Part shown: positions 27,707 to 32,000 of the stretch, one piece after another
How positions within the stretch are numbered: position 1 is the first letter of the stretch
Layout of the letters: every line of letters starts with the position of its first letter
NCBI GenBank assembly: GCA_000091165.1
Contig: FP565575.1
Location: forward strand, 1,920,001-1,952,000
DNA: 32,000 bases
From: Candidatus Methylomirabilis oxygeniifera
GTDB taxonomy: Bacteria > Methylomirabilota > Methylomirabilia > Methylomirabilales > Methylomirabilaceae
Direction of reading: 5' to 3'
The notes under the pieces: generated by a model
The model's input: only the letters and a program-made list of their open reading frames with translations
Told to the model about the DNA's origin: nothing
Database searches by the model: none
Made by a program: the position numbers and the translations under genes

Positions 27707-28257
27707 AAGACATTGTCCGCATCGACCGGCAGGGTGGCAAAGAGACCCTTGGCCTTCATCACCCCGGCAGCCAGAAGAACCTTCTCGTCGGTGGCATCCC
27801 CACGGAGCAACAGATGGCCCGCCTCCTCTACCTTGCGGATCCGCTCTTCCTTCCGCTCAATGACCACGAATGGAACAGGCTTTGAAGCCAACTCGCGGCA
27901 GACCACCTCTCCGATGCGACCATAGCCGCACACAAGATAGTGGCCTGCCAGGGCGCCGATCCTCTTCTCCATTCTCTTCCTCCCGAAGAACTGCTGAAAC
28001 TCTCCCTCCACGATTTTTGCGGTCACGGTTCCTGCCGTATAGAGAACCACTCCCAGGCCGGCGAACAGAAGTCCGATCGTGAAGATCATACCGGCCGGGC
28101 TCAAGGGTCTTATCTCGCGAAACCCCACCGTTGAGATGGTGATAATCGTCATATAGAACGCTTCAAGCCATGTATACCCCTCAAGGAAGCGATACCCCGC
28201 GATTCCTAGAATCACCACCACCGCGAGAAACAGTGCAGCGACCCCTAGCCTTGCCAA
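27703..28257 (-). CDS. N-terminal part of the split K+ channel gene (2-TM pore domain plus first half of the RCK Rossmann fold)
   Basis: M1 helix, pore helix and filter region TISTVGFRE, M2 helix, then HYLVCGYGRIGEVV (GxGxxG) ...GDATDEKVLLAAG...DADNVL-stop. The stop overlaps the GTG of the next ORF (GTGA). Confidence 0.7.
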   Translation of the reverse strand: MARLGVAALFLAVVVILGIAGYRFLEGYTWLEAFYMTIITISTVGFREIRPLSPAGMIFTIGLLFAGLGVVLYTAGTVTAKIVEGEFQQFFGRKRMEKRIGALAGHYLVCGYGRIGEVVCRELASKPVPFVVIERKEERIRKVEEAGHLLLRGDATDEKVLLAAGVMKAKGLFATLPVDADNVL

Positions 28258-28288
28258 GTGCGTTATCCCTTCGTCACTAAAATGATAT

Positions 28289-28879
28289 TTAGGGCTCGAT
28301 CTTGGAGCCTAGCAGGTTCAGAAACTTGCGCATCCACTCAGGATGACCCGGCCAGGCTGCAGCCGTGACCAGGTTGCCATCCACATACGCATTGGAGAAG
28401 GTAGCGTTCACCTCTTGCCACTTGGCGCCTGCCTGGATCAGCTCGGGTCTCACAGCCGGATAGGAGGTGCAGCGCTTGCCCTCCACGACGCCGGCCGCCG
28501 TCAACAGTTGCTGTCCATGACAGATGGAGGCGATCGGCTTGTTCGCCTTCGCAAAGTGGCGGACGATATCGAGCACCTTCTCATTCAGACGGAGGTATTC
28601 CGGTGAGCGCCCTCCTGGAATCACCAGGGCATCGTAATTCTTGGGTCTGATCTTGGCAAGCGTAGCGTTGAGGGCAAAGTCGTGGCCCCGCTTCTCGCTG
28701 TATGTTTGATCTCCTTCGAAGTCGTGGACGGCTGTCCGCACCGTGTCGCCGGCCTCCTTGCCGGGGCAGACCGCGTGGACCGTATGCCCCACCATGGTTA
28801 ACATCTGGAAGGGAACCATCGCTTCGTAGTCTTCAACAAAATCTCCCACCAGCATCAGAATCTTTTTCGCAGCCATCAT
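28289..28879 (-). CDS. DJ-1/PfpI family protein (class I glutamine amidotransferase-like; deglycase/protease family)
   Basis: 196 aa. [27 protein letters not shown] and the nucleophile elbow [11 protein letters not shown]. Confidence 0.88.
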   Translation of the reverse strand: MMAAKKILMLVGDFVEDYEAMVPFQMLTMVGHTVHAVCPGKEAGDTVRTAVHDFEGDQTYSEKRGHDFALNATLAKIRPKNYDALVIPGGRSPEYLRLNEKVLDIVRHFAKANKPIASICHGQQLLTAAGVVEGKRCTSYPAVRPELIQAGAKWQEVNATFSNAYVDGNLVTAAAWPGHPEWMRKFLNLLGSKIEP

Positions 28880-28906
28880 GCTCCTCCCTCTGGCTCCAGC
28901 ACCAAG

Positions 28907-29221
28907 CTAGGCGCCAGTCGGTGGCACAAAGCGCACCTGAAGTCCTCGACCCAACGCCCTGGCAATCTTATCCAAGGTCTCAATCGTCACGTTCTGCGCA
29001 CCGCGCTCGATTCGAGAGACCGTCTGCTGTTTGGTCTTGAGAGCATCGGCAAGTTCTCGCTGGCTCATCTTCCGCGCCTCGCGTGCCCGAGTGATTTCCA
29101 GCGCCACACGCAGCTCGATGTCAGCCTCCTCATAGAAACGCCGGAACTCAGGGTCCTTCATTTCGCCGCGCAGATACTGCTTCAGGGTCGTGCCACGCCC
29201 CCCTGCCTTCTTCCCCGTCAT
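28907..29221 (-). CDS. higA: XRE-family HTH antitoxin (HigA-type)
   Basis: 104 aa. HTH MSQRELADALKTKQQTVSRIERGAQNVTIETLDKIARALG. Lies downstream of, and overlaps by 4 nt, a RelE/Gp49-like toxin gene (toxin-first HigBA order). Confidence 0.8.
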   Translation of the reverse strand: MTGKKAGGRGTTLKQYLRGEMKDPEFRRFYEEADIELRVALEITRAREARKMSQRELADALKTKQQTVSRIERGAQNVTIETLDKIARALGRGLQVRFVPPTGA

Positions 29222-29586
29222 GTCTTACCTCCACATCGTTCCAACCAATCCGCACGAGCCGTACGTGCCCGGGTAATCGCCGACGGTGGAACTCGTCCCT
29301 CGTTCTTCAGTATGCCAATCGCGACAACGATGATTGATTGACCATGGAAGAAGTACAGCAGCCTGTGCTGATGCCGGTCTATCGCGACCCGGAGCTCGTA
29401 GATATCATCGCCAAGATAGTCGACCTGCGGACGCCTTGCCTGGTGGCCGGTATCCTCCAGATATTGCAACGCACGACCGATCTTCGCCCGATGTGCCGTG
29501 ACCTGCGTTCGGATGTAGTCCAATGCCGGCTCTTCCCCACGAAGCCGTCTTATAGAACTCGAGCCGATAGGCCATCGCTCGTACAA
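29218..29586 (-). CDS. higB: RelE/ParE-superfamily toxin, Gp49-like (HigB-type)
   Basis: 122 aa. DDIYELRVAIDRHQHRLLYFFHGQSIIVVAIGILKNEGRVPPSAITRA matches the Gp49/HigB core pattern (l.ELRi...yRvlYff.g..ivll.gf.K). Apparent TTG start. Confidence 0.75.
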   Translation of the reverse strand: MYERWPIGSSSIRRLRGEEPALDYIRTQVTAHRAKIGRALQYLEDTGHQARRPQVDYLGDDIYELRVAIDRHQHRLLYFFHGQSIIVVAIGILKNEGRVPPSAITRARTARADWLERCGGKT

Positions 29587-29587
29587 T

Positions 29588-29603
29588 ACAGCGTATAGGC
29601 TGT
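29588..29603. promoter_or_regulatory. palindrome abutting the higB start (candidate TA operator)
   Basis: ACAGC-gtatag-GCTGT, 2 nt upstream of the higB start codon. Type II TA operons are typically autoregulated at such palindromes. Confidence 0.3.
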
Positions 29604-29672
29604 TATGTCAAGGTGCGCCTAATGATTTACGCGTGAGCCGCCGAATCACAGGCGCATGCGCGCTCCCCCGAA

Positions 29673-30224
29673 CTAGGGCTGAAGGATCGCCTCGGCATCG
29701 ATCGTCACCGCAACGTCGTCGCCGACAATTACCCCGCCGCGATCGAGCGCACCGTTCCAGCTCACGCCAAACTCATGACGGTTGATCCGTGTGGTGGCCA
29801 GAAACCCGGCACGAGTCTTTGGTCCCTTCTCCACTCCGTCCTCCCACCACGGCGTTTGCCACTGCCCGAGGTAACGGACGTGGAGCTCGATGGAGCGGGT
29901 CACGCCACGCAGCGTGAGCTCCCCGAGCACGACCGCCTCGTTGGCCCCGTGAAGGCGGACCTGGCTTCCGCGAAACGTGATCTCGGAATAGCGCTCGACA
30001 TCCAGGAAGTCCGGACTCTTGAGATGGGTATCACGATCACGCTCACCGCTCCAGAGACCCCGCGCATCGATCACCGCCTCGACGCGAGCCAAGGCGGGAG
30101 CCTCCGGATCGAACTCGAGCATGCCGTGCACGTTCTTGAAGTGCCCCCGAACGTTTGTGACCATCATGTGTCGCACGCAGAACTCGGCGGCGGTATGTCC
30201 AGGTTCGAACGTCCAGCGCTGCAT
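29673..30224 (-). CDS. YceI-family (polyisoprenoid-binding-like) protein
   Basis: 183 aa. W.FEPGHTAAEFCVRHMMVTNVRGHFKNVHGMLEFD and LTLRGVTRSIEL are typical of the YceI-like domain. No signal peptide evident. Confidence 0.85.
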   Translation of the reverse strand: MQRWTFEPGHTAAEFCVRHMMVTNVRGHFKNVHGMLEFDPEAPALARVEAVIDARGLWSGERDRDTHLKSPDFLDVERYSEITFRGSQVRLHGANEAVVLGELTLRGVTRSIELHVRYLGQWQTPWWEDGVEKGPKTRAGFLATTRINRHEFGVSWNGALDRGGVIVGDDVAVTIDAEAILQP

Positions 30225-30261
30225 CGAGCCTCCTCCTTTCCCAGCTCTTCCCGTCTCTTAG

Positions 30262-30429
30262 GCCCTACGATATACTTTTATTCCCGCAGTCATCGAACAC
30301 ATCGAGGACCGCGACATCGAGGATTACCTCCTGCAAAGGAGCCCGCGCTTCCGCAAAATACTTGGCAAGGTCAAACGGGAACGTGGCTCCATGTCGCTGG
30401 CCGAATACCGCAAGTCCCGGGGCGTCTGA
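30262..30429 (+). pseudogene. start-less remnant of a small plus-strand gene, possibly an antitoxin C-terminus
   Basis: Frame after the TAG at 30259-30261 reads ALRYTFIPAVIEHIEDRDIEDYLLQRSPRFRKILGKVKRERGSMSLAEYRKSRGV-stop. There is no ATG/GTG start. The charged helical tail resembles C-termini of Phd/RHH-type antitoxins, judged from memory only. Confidence 0.25.
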
Positions 30430-30518
30430 CCTCTTGTCTGTAACGAATGGGGCGCAGGTCAGCGGTCGGCGGATGCACGAGCGTGCTCGCCTGGATGACT
30501 GGCTGCTGCAACTGCGTT

Positions 30519-30920
30519 TTAGGGTTGTTTTGATAGAAGCTCCTTGGCTGCCGCCGCGATTTCCTTTTTGTAAATTTCCTTAAACTCCGCGTAGTTCTTT
30601 CGAAGCTCTGGGTGTTGTTGAAGTACATGCTCGACATCATCCTTAAGGCGAAATACAAATAACAGTATGTATTCCAACCAGATTTCGATTTCTACGTTCG
30701 GCATACTGACTAGCTGACTAAGAAGACGCCGCGCGTGAGACCGCCGTAAGTTACCGAGGATAGTTTTCTCCGAGGACTTCATGGCGGGGTGGTCCTCTTC
30801 ATAGACCTCCAACGTATCCAACGCTTTTTGCAGGGCACGGCACTTCTTAGCAGGGTCGGTTACCCGCTCGGCTTCTTCAAACTGAGTTCTCACCCTAAGT
30901 AATTCCGAAGATAAATCCAT
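30519..30920 (-). CDS. hypothetical protein (predicted all-helical)
   Basis: ORF 30519..30983. I prefer the ATG at 30918-30920 (MDLSSELLRVRTQFEEAE...), preceded by GAGGGAA. Lower GC than the core genes. No motif recognised. Confidence 0.55.
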   Translation of the reverse strand: MDLSSELLRVRTQFEEAERVTDPAKKCRALQKALDTLEVYEEDHPAMKSSEKTILGNLRRSHARRLLSQLVSMPNVEIEIWLEYILLFVFRLKDDVEHVLQQHPELRKNYAEFKEIYKKEIAAAAKELLSKQP

Positions 30921-31040
30921 TGCGTTTCCCTCTACAACCCTAATGACCGGCGCTGAGCGACCCGCGCCCACAGGCGCTCCCATGAAGAACTCGTCGCTTA
31001 TGTGGGAACTCGCTCCAGCGCCTAGTTGGGCAGCAACCTC

Positions 31041-31580
31041 TCACTGCACATCGGACGGAGTAAAGAACATGTTCGTCGGACCACCGCAATTAATGTAGTA
31101 AGTGTTTGGCTTACTGGTGCTCTTGTCGCCATATTCGACGTGCGAGCACTTACCAGCGTTGAGGAACTTGATGGCACCCTTGTGAAGGACTAGGAGATCT
31201 TGTTCTGTGAGCCCGTACTCGCCTACTTTCGGAAAAGCGCCTTTGGCGATACGGGAATCACTAGACAACGACGGCTGGGGCAGCTCCGGAGGAGCTGTAG
31301 TCGATAGCCCAGTTGCAAGAACCCAGCGCGCGACCTTACCACTCTGCCCTTCCACGAAACCGTCGTAGAACTTCGAGACGCGCACCCAGCCACTCTTTAC
31401 TTCGAAGACCTCGACTTTTTGCCCGCGGTAGATCCGATTAGTCACGGGTGCGGTGGCGCTGGGACCGAGACGCACTTGAAGGACGGCCTCCTTAACGAAG
31501 TAGGTTCCGGGCTTGGTTGCCTGCGCGTAGGCGCTTGCCGAAGCGACTAGTAGCACACCGATGAGAATCAAAGCCTTCAT
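31041..31580 (-). CDS. secreted SH3b-domain protein
   Basis: 179 aa. Signal peptide MKALILIGVLLVASASAYA/Q, then LQVRLGPSATAPVTNRIYRGQKVEVFEVKSGWVRV (bacterial SH3 pattern). The C-terminal part with 2 Cys is unassigned. Confidence 0.7.
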   Translation of the reverse strand: MKALILIGVLLVASASAYAQATKPGTYFVKEAVLQVRLGPSATAPVTNRIYRGQKVEVFEVKSGWVRVSKFYDGFVEGQSGKVARWVLATGLSTTAPPELPQPSLSSDSRIAKGAFPKVGEYGLTEQDLLVLHKGAIKFLNAGKCSHVEYGDKSTSKPNTYYINCGGPTNMFFTPSDVQ

Positions 31581-31691
31581 CTGACTCCTCCGTCACAACT
31601 TTGCCACCCAACGGATGAATCACGGGCTGGCGCGACCACAGCGAAGGGCCGCGAAGCGGAGTACAAAATGTTTATCGCCGGTCCCGTGCAT

Positions 31692-32000
31692 TCACTCGTT
31701 ATGTAGTTTTCTTTCGTCGTTCCGCGGGCCTCCCAAAAGGTACTGCAGGATTTCATCCTTGTGATGCTCCCAAGTCAGTGGAGTAGCGTACACCTCCACG
31801 GGTAACCATGCTGGATGATCTACAATGACGCCGTCATAGACCGATGCCATGAAATTGATCGGCCGGTGTCCTATGAGTTGTCGGCGGTGAAGCGACTCTA
31901 GGAGTTGGCAGCCACTCTGGGAGATCCCTACTCCGATTAAGAGATGGTGATATTTCCGGATCCACGCTTTGGTAGATTGGGTGAGTGTGTTTAGAATACT
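31692..32000 (-). CDS. hypothetical protein, C-terminal 102 aa (5' end outside the window)
   Basis: Hand translation of the minus strand is open from the window edge: ...TKAWIRKYHHLLIGVGISQSGCQLLESLHRRQLIGHRPINFMASVYDGVIVDHPAWLPVEVYATPLTWEHHKDEILQYLLGGPRNDERKLHNE-stop (TGA at 31692-31694). No family recognised. Confidence 0.4.
   Translation of the reverse strand, partial: SILNTLTQSTKAWIRKYHHLLIGVGISQSGCQLLESLHRRQLIGHRPINFMASVYDGVIVDHPAWLPVEVYATPLTWEHHKDEILQYLLGGPRNDERKLHNE

Overview
GC-rich (about 60% by eye, not computed) bacterial chromosomal segment. It is transcribed almost entirely from the minus strand and is dominated by housekeeping genes. In transcription order (high to low coordinates): a lower-GC tail of hypothetical genes, YceI, a HigB/HigA-type toxin-antitoxin pair and a DJ-1/PfpI protein. 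Next comes a cluster of an RCK K+ channel (split by a frameshift), a SHOCT protein, a PAP2 phosphatase and an ArnT-like GT39 glycosyltransferase. Then follow a polyprenyl-diphosphate synthase, lepA-lepB-hemW, hrcA-grpE-dnaJ, polA, coaE, rho, rpmE, prfA-prmC-murA and a complete histidine operon hisG-D-C-B-H-A-F-IE. I recognised no rRNA, tRNA, CRISPR array, transposase or integrase, and no clear multi-gene novel system such as a defence island. Three observations stand out. (1) A family of short tandem heptanucleotide arrays, often paired as imperfect inverted repeats, occurs in intergenic regions and also in frame inside essential genes (hisF, prmC twice, hemW); two of these are canonical G-quadruplex motifs. 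(2) A 1,177-bp duplication-insertion lies between hisH and hisA. It is flanked by 264-bp direct repeats about 94% identical and carries a low-GC, opposite-strand gene for a secreted cysteine-rich DUF4189-like protein. (3) The K+ channel gene is split by a 1-nt frameshift and has a mutated selectivity filter. The taxon cannot be assigned from the sequence alone. All homology calls come from motif recognition by eye, not database searches.
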